From NCBI GenBank assembly GCA_030704615.1, contig CM060731.1, positions 65,782,001 through 65,846,000 of the forward strand: 64,000 bases of DNA, in the 5' to 3' direction. The stretch's first letter is position 1; each line of letters opens with the position of its first letter. Position numbers and translations under genes: made by a program. This document shows positions 38,401 to 52,000 of the stretch, piece by piece. The stretch comes from Takakia lepidozioides (taxonomy: Eukaryota; Plantae; Bryophyta). The notes below the pieces were generated by a model that had not been told where the DNA came from, did not search any database, and saw nothing but the letters and a program-made list of their open reading frames with translations.

Positions 38401-39835
38401 CACAAATTGGATACTAAGATCAACCTCTCTACAGCTAATCATCCACAGACTGATGGTCAAACCGAACGTGTAAACCAGATTTTGGAGCATTATCTTCACT
38501 GTATCATAAATTATTACCAAGATAATTGGACGGACCTTCTGTCATTGGCTAAGTTTGCCTACAACAACACTATACATTCTTTGACCAAACAAACTCCATT
38601 TTTCTCTAATTATGGTCATCATCCTCAAGCAAACCCTTTCCACATGGAGACTGTTGGAAGCCCTGCTGAAAAAAACCTTGCTACTCATCTTACTACGATT
38701 CACAAGGAGCTTACATTTCACCTCGTAGAAGCTAAAAAACAATATAAGGAGTATGCAGATCAACGTCGCCAACTCCAACCCCAGTTCAAGGTCGGAGATC
38801 GTGTGTGGTTTCTTAGACGAGACATATAAACCTCGCGACCATCAAGGAAGTTGGATTATCGACGTCTGGGACCATTCAAAATTATTCAACACGGTTAGTT
38901 TTCGGCTTGAACTCCCACGAAGTATGCGCATCCATCCAGTCTTTCATGTTTCATTATTGGAGTTGTATCATCTATCGAATATTCCAAGGAGAGTCTCCGT
39001 ACCACCTCCACGAATCAAAGTCAATCAGAAAATTGAGTATGAAGTTGACGAAGTCCTAGACTCTCGCATCAAGTATAAACGTCTTGAGTATTTCGTACAT
39101 TGAAAATGCTAGGACATCAGCGAACGAACGTGGGAACCTTCATCCAACCTCGTCAATGCATCTGACAAAGTCCAAGAGTTTCATCAACGATATCCAGCTA
39201 AGCCCTGAGCTACACGTCAATAAGACGTCACAACGATGTTGTCAGCCAAATTAGCTTCAAGGTGAAGACTCCACATTCAATGTACCTGATACACGCTAAG
39301 GAGGGAGGAGCACCACACATCAGTATATATAGCTACTCTTCCAGCACTTCTAGCATTCTTGCATCTTGTATTGGTAGCATGGAGTCACAGGAACCAGATA
39401 CATTGGAGTTGTCGCTTACCCAGCTACCAGATCAGCCGTTCCAACTCTCACGACCTTCAACATCACGCCGACGCTCTCGAGACGATGGGCCACCAATGCG
39501 ACGCATACTTCCTTGTCTCGACCCCGTACGACGGCAAATGAAGCCTACTCGAAGTCTGATAATTTTGTTGGAGGTTGAGGCTTCGGACCCAGAGGGCAAC
39601 AAAATCATGTTTGAAGGCAGCTTCGAAAATCAGAATGCTTAAATCACTACGTGGTCCCAAGTTCAAGGTGTTGGACACTATTGATGGTTGCAGAGACTTA
39701 TAAATCATTTGAGTCAAGAACGAAGAGCCGAATACTTGGCAAGTACCATTCCCCGGATTTTGGATTTTCTCCAACTCTAAACAAGTCCAAGATTATACCG
39801 CTCCTCGAGGAACTCGGCGCTAGAGGAGGGGGTGA

Positions 39836-40448
39836 TGTCACGGATATAGCCCAGAGGAATTATGAGGAGTAAATACCAGAAGTTACCAAATTACCATGAC
39901 TTACCGTAATTTATCATGATCTATCATGATTTACCATTACTAATCAAATTACCAGGAGTTTACCAAATTACCAAGAGTAACTTGGGAAACTGCTCATGAA
40001 GCTTCTTTTGGAGGAAACTTCTCCATCAAGATACCTCATTTGTTTAAGGAAGCTTCTCCATCAAGAAACCTTTGTTTAATCTTGGAAACTTCTCCATCAA
40101 GAAACCTCCATAGGGGAAGCTTCTTAGGGAAGCTTCTTAGTAGCCAGTGTATATAGGAGATGAGACTTGACACTTTTCAGTCTCGCCAACACTAGTTCAA
40201 GCTACTCTTGTTTCCAGTTTCCAGTACTCTAGCCTAGTTTCCAGTATCTAGTACTTCAGTCCAGTTTCCAGCATTCCAGTATTCAAGTCGTGTTCCAATA
40301 TCTTATACTATTGTTCATTGTTATAAAGATCGTCTTGATTCCTATTTACTCATCGTGCATTCGGCCACGCCAACCTTGACTTCTTGTCTAGTCTTGTAAC
40401 TCTAGTCTGATCTCTTGTTTGTGTTCAGTCATGTTCTCGTCCCTGACA
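39836..40448 (+). repeat. 3' LTR (613 bp, TGTCA...TGACA)
   Basis: Follows the polypurine tract and has terminal inverted TGTCA/TGACA. TATA-like gtatatagg at ~40148. Confidence 0.92.
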
Positions 40449-40692
40449 GGCAGTAAGGTGATAGATAGAGATGTGGCCAGAAAATGTGTTTGCGTTGGTG
40501 ACCCATGTATTGGGCGTATTTAAATTTAAGTGTCTGGTGGATTTGTGCATTAGTGATAGCTTTGGTGTGCCAGAAGTGGTTCGAGAGTTTGTGGTGTAAT
40601 ACCTCGGATTGGGTCCATTTTTTAATATGTATTTTGGTATGACTGATAGAGGCTACGGCCTGTTCGTTTGCTTCACGAGTGAGGGTGGGCAA
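40449..40692 (-). mobile_element. LINE ORF2 C-terminal fragment
   Basis: KKWTQSEVLHHKLSNHFW...IHQTLKFKYAQYMGHQRKHIFWP...SPYC resembles the region preceding the C-terminal zinc finger of non-LTR ORF2. It is truncated at the Gypsy LTR. Confidence 0.5.
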
Positions 40693-40699
40693 GAGATTA

Positions 40700-42050
40700 C
40701 GTGTGGGTCGTTGGGGTCGGAAATGTATTCATTCCAGAGCTTCTCCTCGTCTCTGTTATCTGTTTTCTTATACTTTCATGTTGTCACATTGGCAATAACA
40801 TGTCAAAATCACTCCAAAACCACCATAGATCCACCAATGAGCTAACTTGCAAAATTTAACATGAAAATTTAGGGACGACTCCGATAACATGGAAAAACAA
40901 GGTGAAATGTGTTGAAGAAGGTACATTCATTAACAATCCCTTGTTCTATCAATCCTAAATTGCATCTGCTTCTCTCTGTAGTCCAACAAGCATTCACCTT
41001 TTTGTCTCCATTGTCCCACCATTGATTGGGGTCGGAAAAGTGTTCATTCCAAAGCTTCTCCTCATCTCTGTTATCTGTTTTTGGATATTTTCCTGCTACC
41101 ACATTGGCAGTAACTTGTCAAAGTCACTCCAAACCACCATAGATCCACTCAACGAGCTAACTTACAGTTCTAATTCAATATGCATCTTAGGACCGAGTCT
41201 GATGAGAGGGCAAAACAGGCTGAAATAGGTCGAAGAAGAAGGTGCCCTCACCAGATTGTCCTTGACATTGTGTCATGATCCATAGAGGATATGACCGACC
41301 ATCAACCCAAAAGGACCTCTTATGTGTGCTACTTGTGTCTGTAATCAGGTAATGTCGGATTGATCTGTGAGAACCACCACGGTGCATCTAAAGCGGGTAG
41401 AGATTGAAACACCCAAGCTGACTCTCCCAAGAACCTTGCAGTAAATATCAGGAAGAACACCAAATCATGATATTAACAAATGCATCTCAGGGCCGAGTCT
41501 GATGAGAGGGCAAGACAGGCTGAAATAGGTCAAAGAAAAATGTGCCCTTACCAGACTGTCCTTGACCTTGTGTCATGACCCATGGAGGATTTGACCGACC
41601 ATCAACCCAAAATGACCTCTTGTGTGTGCTGTTTGTGTCTGTAGTCAGGTAATGTTGGATTGATATGTGAGAACCACCACGGTGCATATGAGCAGGCAGA
41701 GATTGAACACAACCTGCTATACCAAATCATGGTACTGATAGGAGCCAAGAGCCCACCTTTGCAGGATAGACAAACTTCTTCAGATCGTACATTAAGAAAA
41801 AGCCACACCCTTCCCCCATCATTTGCTCATAGGTCTCCAAGGCCTCCATCCCGCGCCCCTGCTGTGCATATTTTGTAAGCATGGCGTTCCAGGACACCAA
41901 ATCTCGTTCAGCCATATTGTTGAACACTCCCTCCGCATCCTCAATGCTCCCACATTGGGCATACATGTCCACGAGGGTATAGTTCAGGATCAATGATCAC
42001 ATCTGGTACAATTCCAGCTTTGGCGATGCAACGTACCATGCACCTCTTTT
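40700..42050 (-). pseudogene. Decayed cluster: PLS-PPR fragment plus duplicated OSB-type PDF-motif exons
   Basis: PPR at 41993-41850 (LVDMYAQCGSIEDAEGVFNNMAERDLVSWNAML). Two ~230-bp copies 300 bp apart (41180, 41480) encode INPTLPDYRHK / FWVDGRSNPPWV. DEEKLWNEHFSDPNQWWDNGDKK lies at ~41070-41000, with a second partial copy at ~40715-40850. Confidence 0.7.
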
Positions 42051-42487
42051 CCCTTTTCTTGTTTCTCACTTCAATGTGAGTTCTATCCACAAGACCTCAA
42101 CTTCAGTAAATACCTTCTCCATGACAGATCCCCTCCACTACACTTCTCCATAACGTTCACCATGATCTAGTTGTTTTCTGTTTCCATATCACTCATTTCG
42201 AACTTTACAACCCTCACTGACTCACCCAATGTCGAAAGCCACATTAAGACGATTCTATGCTTCATCATTCATCTGCAAGACAGCCTCTTCAGCTCAGCAT
42301 GGATTTCCTCAATTCGTTGAGAGTTTGCAGATTGCAAGGTGAACGATGGCGGAAAACGCAGAGCTTATGCAGTTCAAGAAGATCAAGATCCGGGCATTTC
42401 GGGCAGTTTCGAAAAAGTTGACCCGGCGATTCTATTGGCATATTTCGGGCGGTCAGCCTGGGCAGATTCGAAAGAATTTGACGACGA

Positions 42488-42510
42488 TGACGTGGTGATG
42501 ATGACGTGGC
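42488..42510 (+). promoter_or_regulatory. Two TGACGTGG (G-box/ABRE-like) motifs upstream of PIEZO
   Basis: TGACGTGG at 42488 and TGACGTGGC at 42502, followed by a GC-rich stretch (gggcgggg ~42574), ~570 bp upstream of the first coding exon. Confidence 0.3.
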
Positions 42511-43075
42511 ACTATGGCTTGCTCTACGCTAAACTAGCTTCCGACCTTCTGTCGTCGCTAGAATAACGACACAGGGCGGGGCGCGGTTGTGGGGATTTGA
42601 CTGCGGGCCCCGCCAAGGGCGTGCCGGCTCCGGCAAGGCTGGCACGCGCACATTCAACTCGATCCTATGTCTAGGACTCTAGTGTGTTCCAGAGAGAGAA
42701 ATTCCAGAGGCTGTTGGAATCTTATGGATGCCAATATCCCGCACAGCCAACTCTGCTCGGGCCTACTACGGGGTTTTGTTACCCCAGGATGCAGAAGAGA
42801 TGGATCTGATTGTTGAGAGTCAGGCGTCATTCCGAGCTGATTCGAAAAAGTGATGTGGAATGTAGTTTGTTTTAGTCTTGACGAGGACTATGTAGATCAT
42901 GGCTACTTGCACTTGAGCTGCTTCATCACGTGCCGCTGCCAGCTTCAGTCAGGAACATAAGTTTACACAGGGATAGGGGGAAACGAATCATTGAGGAGCA
43001 CGAATTTAGATGCTTGGTTCTGTAACGAAGGGCATGGAGGAAAGGTTTAGGGTTTGTACAGGACAACCATAAAGC

Positions 43076-46000
43076 ATGCAGGCGTTGGTTATTGGAGCGA
43101 AACATTTCGCTCCAATAGTACTTCTATGCGGTGAGTTTTCCGCTCCTTGTATCGGCCGTGGTGCATTAGTTGTCAATGCTTGTTAGATAATTCCCATGAC
43201 CGATTTGTTTTCGCGTGCGAGAATTTTACTATCGTCCCATTTGAGAAGACACCTCTTCTCCTCCTTACAGACTCCTCACCCCAAATATAGGCATATGCAC
43301 GTCTCTTACTTTTGTCTCCCTTCAAAACTTTCGGTTTTGGTTGTTTTCATTTTTGGGTGGACTGAACTTAGTTTGCGAAGCAGATGCAGGGTTCGTAGGA
43401 TTCTGGGGAATTTCCTTGGTTATCTGTGAATTTCTCAGGTGAAGGGGACAGATAGATTTGATGTATTGCTAACATTCTCTGACACATGGTCTTTCAGCTG
43501 CGTTTGGAAGTTGGAGCTTGATCTCGCTATGCTTCTTATTTGCCTTCTTTGTCGTTCAATACAAATCACAGAGACGAGGTATTCACCCTTTTTACCGGTT
43601 GTGAGCAATAGATATCGCAGATGTAAGTGAGGGGAAGAAATGGTCAGTCAAGCTTTGAGTTATTTGGACACCAAGGACGAGATGCTTTAGGTGCGTTTTA
43701 TCAGATGCTCCTAGTTTTTTCTTTCCCGGGTTCAACGACCTGCAGTTCAAATGATTAGTGGAAGTTGACGAAGGCTGTATGGCACTGCCAAATCTGTAAG
43801 CAGTTATTTGCCAACTGATTTGGTGTCGTCTTCTTGTGTTCAGAGCCATTTATACGGCCAAGAACAGGGCTATGGATGTCTGTGGTGCTACTAGCAGCAA
43901 CAGTGATTGTTACAGAAGGGGTGGTCGAACTAATCTGGGCATTGCTTGGGAAAGAGGGCCATCGTTTGGAGTCCCAATGGTTGAAGGTTCTGGGGCTGTG
44001 GAGGTAGGTTACTTCCTCCGACCTCCATAACTCTTGTTTCTTGGAGAAAGAAATTGTGCTATAAGCTTGCACCATACTGCGCCAGTGCAGCAGATATGTA
44101 TTATATATTTTTTGCCAAACGACCCCTTTGGATACACCCGACACTCCAAGTCTGTGAAGCGTCAACCAGCCTGCAGATTGCTTCAATGTCAAATCTTGTG
44201 TGTTATTTGTGCACCGTACTGCACTAGGGATGAATGCTTGTGATGCAATGCAATTGAATATAGCCTCTCTTTGTATGTCTGCCCATCAAAATATGGGCCA
44301 CAGGCTGGCTTCAACACTGATTGAACCTCTATGGAACTGTCTGGGCCCAAAGTTTTCATGAGAAGCCTCACTTTTAAGGAATGAGTGGGTGATCCCAAAC
44401 TGCTTCACACTGTCTGGAACTTGACTCATGCTTCTCTAACAACAAGTTGTGTCCCATAGGTGAATCCCATGCTTTTCACATTTTGCTTGCTCTATAACAG
44501 GTTCTGCTGCTGTGTAACATGGCATCTGAAGACTATTGTGGATTGGCTCCTTTGAAGTTATGCAGATCGGATTACTCTTTGCAAGAGTAGCATCCACTAA
44601 TCCGGTGACATCTCAAGTTCTTAGGACTTCCCTTCAGCAAATTGTAGGCTCACCAAATGTGATGGAAAAGTGCTTTGGGGTGTAATGTGGTCTGTGAACA
44701 GGCTCAATCCATTGGAGAGCAGCTCAGGTGTATTTTTGTCCCTGCTTCCACAGTTTGCAGTTGTGTTAACGGCTGCCTGTGCCTTATACCATGAGCAACT
44801 CACCACCTTGCATGTGCCTCAGCACTCACTTTGGGGTACTACTCCAATTTTGCATTCAATCATACCAAGATATGGCGGTAATTACTTGATTCGGTGGAAG
44901 TTTAGACAGTGTATAAAGCTTCAGTACGAGGCATCCCTTATGAAGCAAAATATAAAACTAGCTATGGGTTTATTTATGTTGGGTACATCTAAACACATGA
45001 AGCAGCTATTAAGGGAACTTTGTTGATAGATTATTTTGAAGTGGGGGAATCTTGTTCTCATGCAGTTTAACCTGTTTAACCTTTCAATATTGATTTGATT
45101 GAGAACAGGACTTCAACCCTCTCTGCAAATGCGTTCTCTCTTCTTCTGGATAAGAGCTTGTAATGGTTCATTGCAGATGAGCAAGGGTTTCATCTGAGGG
45201 CCAACTTGCGAAGCTATGCCCTACCGACAGTGAAGTTGCTAGTGGGCGTAGCACGCCCCTCATGGATTGCGCTCCCATACTTCCTTTGCAGCTGTGCTGG
45301 GCTTAACTACTGGTCCATGAGCAATGACTTTGTTGGCCCATCTTGGTATTCACAGTCAACCTGTGTCATGCTTGCTCTTTGTGGAATCAACAGATGGTGA
45401 ATCCCTCTAGAGAGACAGAGAGGGAGAATGTACTCTTTTGTCTGTGTTCCTTGCGATTGTTGGCAAAGGCATACTTATGAAGGCATAGGTGTCAACACCC
45501 CGACCAGGTTGTGCGCTTTCGACCAGAATTGCCATAGGACTTGTGCATGGTCAAGTACAATCTGGTGACAGGGGACTGAACTTTCCATTGTAGACATGAT
45601 CCTGGAGCCACGGTGTTGATTTGATCACTGCTTCCCTAGCCCTTATATATGTGACACTGCCAGACGCACCCAGAGAACCTTATGATGTCCACAGAGGGAG
45701 AGAGAGAGAGAAGATTTTTATAACGTCCACTTGGGAAACTGAGAGCTGATGGACACATTGAATGTAACGCGTCAAAATACTCCAAATGTTCCCTAAAGTT
45801 CCACAGGGTAATTGAATCAAATAAATAAACTTGCATGTGGCAGAGTGCCTCATGCAAGTAAGCTGCTAAGCAGTTTGGCTCCTCATATCGAGAGAGAAAA
45901 ACATCTAAGGTGTTCCTGGAGCAAATGTTAGTCTCGGTCACAATCATGTAGTCATAAAGAAACCAAATGCCTTCCTGAAACAGTTTGTGTTATTGGTCTT

Positions 46001-49000
46001 TTCTGGTACGTTGAGGATTTGACTGACGGAATCATCTGTTGTGGGCTTTGTTTAAGGGAGTGGAGGCCTCTTCTCTTCTACACTGCAGCACATATTGCAT
46101 TACTTTACACGAATCAGCTCCCCCTATCACTTCCCCAGACTGTCGCGGATGCTGTCGAGTATCTAGGCTTGTTCAGAGTATCAGTCAAGGAGATGGCATG
46201 GCCAGAGGGCATCCAAGCTGTGTCTCTCATTGCTTTGTACATTCTGGTGCTCCCTCCATTCCTCTCTTGGTATGCTTTGTTGTATTTGATATGTTCAATC
46301 CCTTAAAGTTTTTAGGTTGTCTGTGCCAAATTGTCATTGTTGATTTAGCATTGTGCTTGCATGCCCTTGGGGACAGAGAGATTGTGAGAGAGAGCTTGGT
46401 TTGTCATTCCAGCCCGCAGCATAAGTCTGATCGTGTTTTGCAAAATCCCATGGCAGCTATGCTTTGCCATAAATGACACGGAAGAGGAGCAGGACGAGGT
46501 TGAGAGCTCATCGGTGGGAGATTCCTTGCCATCAACCTTCAAGGGTTGTGGTTCACCAATGTTAAATGTCCAAGTCACCAACAATGACTTGCTTACAGAA
46601 AGTCTGTTGCCTTCTGATCTACCAACCTCTGACAGAGACACAATGTAATGGCCAGATTTTCACTCTGTAAGGTCTGCCATATATTGCATTCATTGATATA
46701 AGCATTTGCCCAGAAATAATGTTCATGAATACAAATTTGTCTTGCCGGATCCATTTCCTATCTCTGGTATTCATCGCAGACAGGACAAGTTCTACATGCA
46801 TTCAACGAGTAGTGTCAATTGCTTTTTTCTTGTATCGTGAGTCTGTTCCGTAAAAGGAAGGTCTGAGTTTTTGCTTGTCCAGCAAGCTATGATTCATTTG
46901 AGCAGTACACTAACTCGTAAGGTCAGGATTTGTGTAAATACTTTTGAATTGCTTCTTGTTCTTAATCATCAATGCCAAGCAGGTGGTAATGGCAAGCACA
47001 TCACATTGAGGCAATGTGTTACCCAATAGAATAGCTTTCAGTGCTATCATCCTTTGCGTCCAGTCTTCCTCAACCTTTCCTTAGGGTCGGCATATAGAAA
47101 GGTGGGAGCTGGGAGTGATGTGTGTACACTTGCAACTGTGTTTATAGGACCTCAAGAAGGTGGGCAGTGGAGCAAAGGCGCGGGGTTGCTTTCCAGCATG
47201 CCACTATCAACTTTTTTGCTTATGGATTTCCCGTAGATTTCCCACTGTCAACCTTTTTGCTTATGATTGTCATGTAGGGTTCTGTTTCCTGTGAAGGTTA
47301 AAAATGCAGTACAATATTCTTTGAAAGACCCAGGTGGAAGCAGCTGTGTTTGGGCTTCGTTGCTTGATGCAAACCTCCATTCCTGTAGGTTTAAGGTGAC
47401 AAAGCCTGATGTTATTAAGGGTTTCTCTGTTTTGCTTTGCCCACTCCTTCACATCCATTTTGCTGCTTTCTTGATGATTTTCTCTAGTGTTGCAAATTAG
47501 GGTTGACCTTCAATGAGAGTGACGCACAGGTGGGGCTGGGATGACAGAGATACTGGGCTGATGTAAGATTTGTGGTGATGGCCGTGCAGATCTGTGTGGT
47601 GGCACTGATTTGTTGGAGCTTCATTTATGCTAGTCTTTGTGCGTTTGGTTTGCTGCTGTATGTGGGCTATATCTTCTTGGCCCTCCCTTCCATTCTTACT
47701 CTGCGCCGGCTCAATCGATTGTTGCTGGGTTTCATCTTGCTATGGGCTCTCAGTACCTATGTCTTCAATGCAGCGTTTTCAATTATGAACGAGTTTAATA
47801 TGGTAGGATTCACTTTGCAATCCTGCTCAGTTCCTTTGTCTTGTTACAGTATTATGCCTACTCTATGAGAGTTTCTTGGAAGGAATCTATTACTTGCAAA
47901 AGAGTTGAGAAAATTCGCAATTCCTGTCATTATGTTTTCCTGACATAACTGTTTGCCACCCTCACTCTTGGCAGGGTTGTTTCTTTGGTTGACATGTCTT
48001 GTGTTTCTGGATATCAGGGTTTGAACATTTGGCACACAATTGGACTATGGCATTATTCGACCCCAGGGCTGTTTATTTGTGCTCAGTTTGGGCTTGGTGT
48101 TCTTGTGGCCACGGATATAATTGTGAGCAACAGCATTGCAACCAATCTTAATAGTCTGGAAAGCCCCCGTGGTGAGGGCACCGATGGTGTCTCGGATGAA
48201 GGTGACAGGGTTGTGCTTCTTGTGTTTTCACCACATTTCGCTCTCTGCAGTGGTTCTCATATCTGTTTCATTGATCCCTCTTGTTTTAAAGGAAGAAAAT
48301 GGACACTTAATATACCCAAACCTCGGTCGACCTCGGCAATCCAAGAAATGGCGGCCTGTACTATCATCTTCCTTCACGATCTCCACTTGCTGCCAGCCCA
48401 GGCTTTCCTCATATCCCAGAGACCAGCAGAAATGGGATCCTTGACCTGTCGGTTTAGCAGGGTGGGTAGATGCCTTGGTGTGACATGATATACATACAGA
48501 GATCCTCTCACCTTTTGGTCCACCACCGCATGGCATCCTCACGAAGCAAGACAGCATTTGGCTCATCCAGGAAGACCTGAGGAGATCCACGTTCAATTAA
48601 AATGCATACCTAAATGCCAGCTCTCACCAATTCTGAATTCTAGGAAGAGATTCTCCTTGTCACCAGGTATAAACATATAGGACCTTCCTAACCTTTTCAC
48701 ATCCCTCACTCCTTGGGCACCTCCCAAATTGGTTGTCACACCCTATGGCGGACCCTGTGGCGAGAATTTGTCCTGGCTGTACTACCCTGGAAGAAAGACT
48801 ATCGTTTATTTTTCTTCTGTCCTACACATGATCCTGGGAAGGTACTACTGTCTCTTTACAGGCTCCCCATTTTTGGCAGAAGCTTCGGTGTTGAGGTCCA
48901 GAAGTGCTTGGTAGCTTACCAGCATCAGGCCTTTCGTCATTAGGTGACGTGTTTTGACGTGGGTTTTGTTGCTTTCCTTTGTCCCTGGGCCCTTGAGACT

Positions 49001-52000
49001 CCCCAGTGCATTTCTTCATTTGTTTCTACATCCATTTCTGCATGTGTGATCCATGGGTGTGCTTGTCAGGATAGTGAATTTCATTCTTTTGCATCCTAAT
49101 TGGTACCTAGCTCAATGAAAGGCACTCTTTAAAACAGACAGCTGCTGCATTTCTTTGCCCAAAAATCCAGAGCGTGAGACCGGTGAATGCTGTGGTCCAC
49201 CTTGGGTCTGAATTCTGGGGTGGATTCTTGTCGTCCTGTCCCAATTGGACTGAGCTGACAAGGGTGCAAATGATGTACTTATTAAACAGTGCTTGCTGTA
49301 GGCTTCTGGAGATAGACCCTGTCCCCAATTGGGGCGCAACAGAACGGGCAGGGAGGGGGGGCGAGAGCAGGGGCCAGAAGGCCCGCTCTAGTAGTGGGAG
49401 TTTATGGAGAGATACTTGGGCTGTGTGCTAGCCAGCATGATTAAAGAGCCCACTTCCCCAGCAGTACGACTTAGTAACAAGCTCTTAACTGTAGCATTGC
49501 ATAGTCTCATATGTACATCTCTCTCACTACAGTTTCATCCATTTTCACTACACTCTGACTATCAGTCCAATTATAGTGCAGGTGGCAGGTCTGTGACTAG
49601 AGTAGCAACACTGGAATCAGCAATGCGATTTCTTGATGTCATGGCTTAGACTTAAACTGTGAAGAATGAGAAGAGTTAACTGTAATGCAATGCAATGCTT
49701 GTTTTGCAGTCCGGGAAGATAAGAGGGTGTTAGTGCTGGCGGTCATTGCATGGTGTGTGCGAGGAAGTGGCCATGTATTATCTCTGCTTCTGATATTTAT
49801 TGTGGGAATGAAGGATGGCCTCCTTCATGCAATATACAGTGAGTAGTAGCCCCTTTTGCTTTGTTGATGGACAAGCATATTCATCTTTGGAGCTTTGTTG
49901 GTTGAGTTCAAACTATGTTGTTGAATGGGAGGATAGGTGAGCCCTTGCTTGATGAATTGCAAGTTGCAATACTCCAGCATGCAGGTTGGCTGGGCTTACT
50001 TACCATGTTTTTACAGTAGATGCCGGAGTATCCTGACATTGAATGTTATCTTCTGTTGTGTAGTGTTATTCTTCCTGGTGTATTTGGTGAGCTCATCTAT
50101 GGCTAAGGGAACAAGACAGTACTTGATTCTTTTATGCGAGCTGCACTTTGCGGTGCTCTATCTGTTACAATTAGACTGGATCTCCGCAGCACTCGACAAA
50201 CACCAAGCTTCATGGAAGCCCATCCTTGCCCCCTTAGGTGAGTCAAGTAAGGAAGAATTTGTTTATTGGCTTTCTTCTGAAGGTAATGAGATATCCTGTA
50301 ATTTGTTGCAGGGCAGATGATCTTCACTTTTCGTGTAAGCTACTTAGACAATTGAGCTTATGGAATGGTTTCAGTGCAAGTCACAATGGTTCTAGGTTAC
50401 GACGATCCTCCTTTAATTGAGTTGACTTGATTAGGCATCCTATTTAATCGTTTGAATCCATTGTTCAGGACCATCAGAGAGAGAACATAGAAGACTTTGG
50501 TGCAGATGCAAAATGAAAACTGCACAAGTACATTTCTGATTGTGTCCAAGACAGCTGGGGTCTGGTCCAACTAGGCCGTGACTCATGGAGCCACTCCCCC
50601 AAGGTAGCTTTACCAGGGTGTGGAATATGACCTGAATGTCTAAGATTGTGAGTCTCCTGTCTGGGTTGTGATAATGACAGGTGAGTAGAGGAGATATCTG
50701 TACACTTGTGTAAGCAACTCTTTTCCCCAGCATGATAGGCATGAGTGTAAAGAAGGAAAAATGTTGATCTTACATATGAACATCATTCCCTGTGTTCGGT
50801 GTTGTTTCCACTTTATGCAGGTTTGTGGACCAAAGCCAATCTCCAGGATTTCTTGAGCATTTCAGTCCTCCTGTGCTTTTCAGTGGTGCAAAACCATGGC
50901 CCCAAGGTGGTGAGCTCTTTGTCTACCACAGTGCAGCACAGCCCACAGACGCCTTTAGGATGGGGCATGCTGAACAGTGGCAACGGCCGCTCATTCCTCT
51001 TGTCTGTATATGCATCCCGAAACTTTGATCATCTTCAGCAAGAAGGCAACCCTCCTGGTACGAGTCGCCAGTGTCACTACCCGAATTATGTAGGAACCAT
51101 CAGCAGTAATTGCAGATATGTTTTTTTGTCGCATTTTTCTCTCTTATGAGGAGGGTAGGTCCTACCTTCCCTCTTTATCTTGTGTATTGCAGATGTATTG
51201 ATTGATGTGCCAGTTTTATGTCATGTTTGCAGCTAATTGGATCACTAAGCAACTTGCAGCTATTGCGGGAAGAATTCGCTTCACCTACCGGATGTTTGGC
51301 ACCTACATTGCTTATTTAACAGTGCTACTGGTCATATATGGTGTGGAGCCGAATTATGTGTCGTTTGGGTATCTTTGCCTGTTGCTGTTTTGGATAGTTG
51401 GGCGACAAGTGCTAGGAAGAAGTGAGAGGTGGCTATGGCTTCCTTTGATGATGTTTGCAGGGGTAGTATTCATAGTGCGCTACATATTAAGTGCATTTCC
51501 TTACCTCCAATCTTCGGTGGATGCTTGGATTCCTCTTTATCCGGACTTGGGCTTTGATCCAGAGGCGTCACTGTTTCAACACTTGTGGGACTGCTTGGCA
51601 ATCCTGATAGTCATGCAACTCTTTAGATTTGAACGTTCACAGAAAGAGTTCGTTGTGGAGGACTTTGATCAGGCCGGTGATCACATCAACTCAAACCTGG
51701 GTTATGTGGGATTCATCAAGCGTTTTCTGATTTTGCACAGTGGAAAGTTTTTATCAATTGCTGTCGTTTATGCAGCGATCACCCCGGTCAGTGCAATTGG
51801 ATTCCTATATATCATAATGCTTGTCATTACTAGTAACATGTCCAAGACGTCTCGCCTGCCTGGTCAATCTTACGTACTTTACACAGGCTTGATTGTGGTG
51901 AGTGAGTACCTATTTCAGATGTGGGGGCAGCAAGCAGAGATGCTGGCAGGCCAAGTGCATGGGGAGTTTGCCTGTTGGCTAGGTCTTCGTTTGTATGGGA

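Larger units (their letters stand above)
32811..40448 (+). mobile_element. Ty3/Gypsy chromovirus LTR retrotransposon (Tcn1/Tf1-like), inactivated
   Basis: gag (PEKFDGTRSRFRGF, LSGTALSWF, CFYCGEDDHIVLNC), protease (ALLDLGASACFID), RT ([20 protein letters not shown]), RNase H (DASDFALGAVL, YEIHDKELLAI), integrase (GHF, CDMC, IVSDRG, HPQTDGQTER) and chromodomain (EYEVDEVLDSR...TWEP). PPT agaggagggggtga precedes the 3' LTR. Many stops and frameshifts. Confidence 0.95.
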
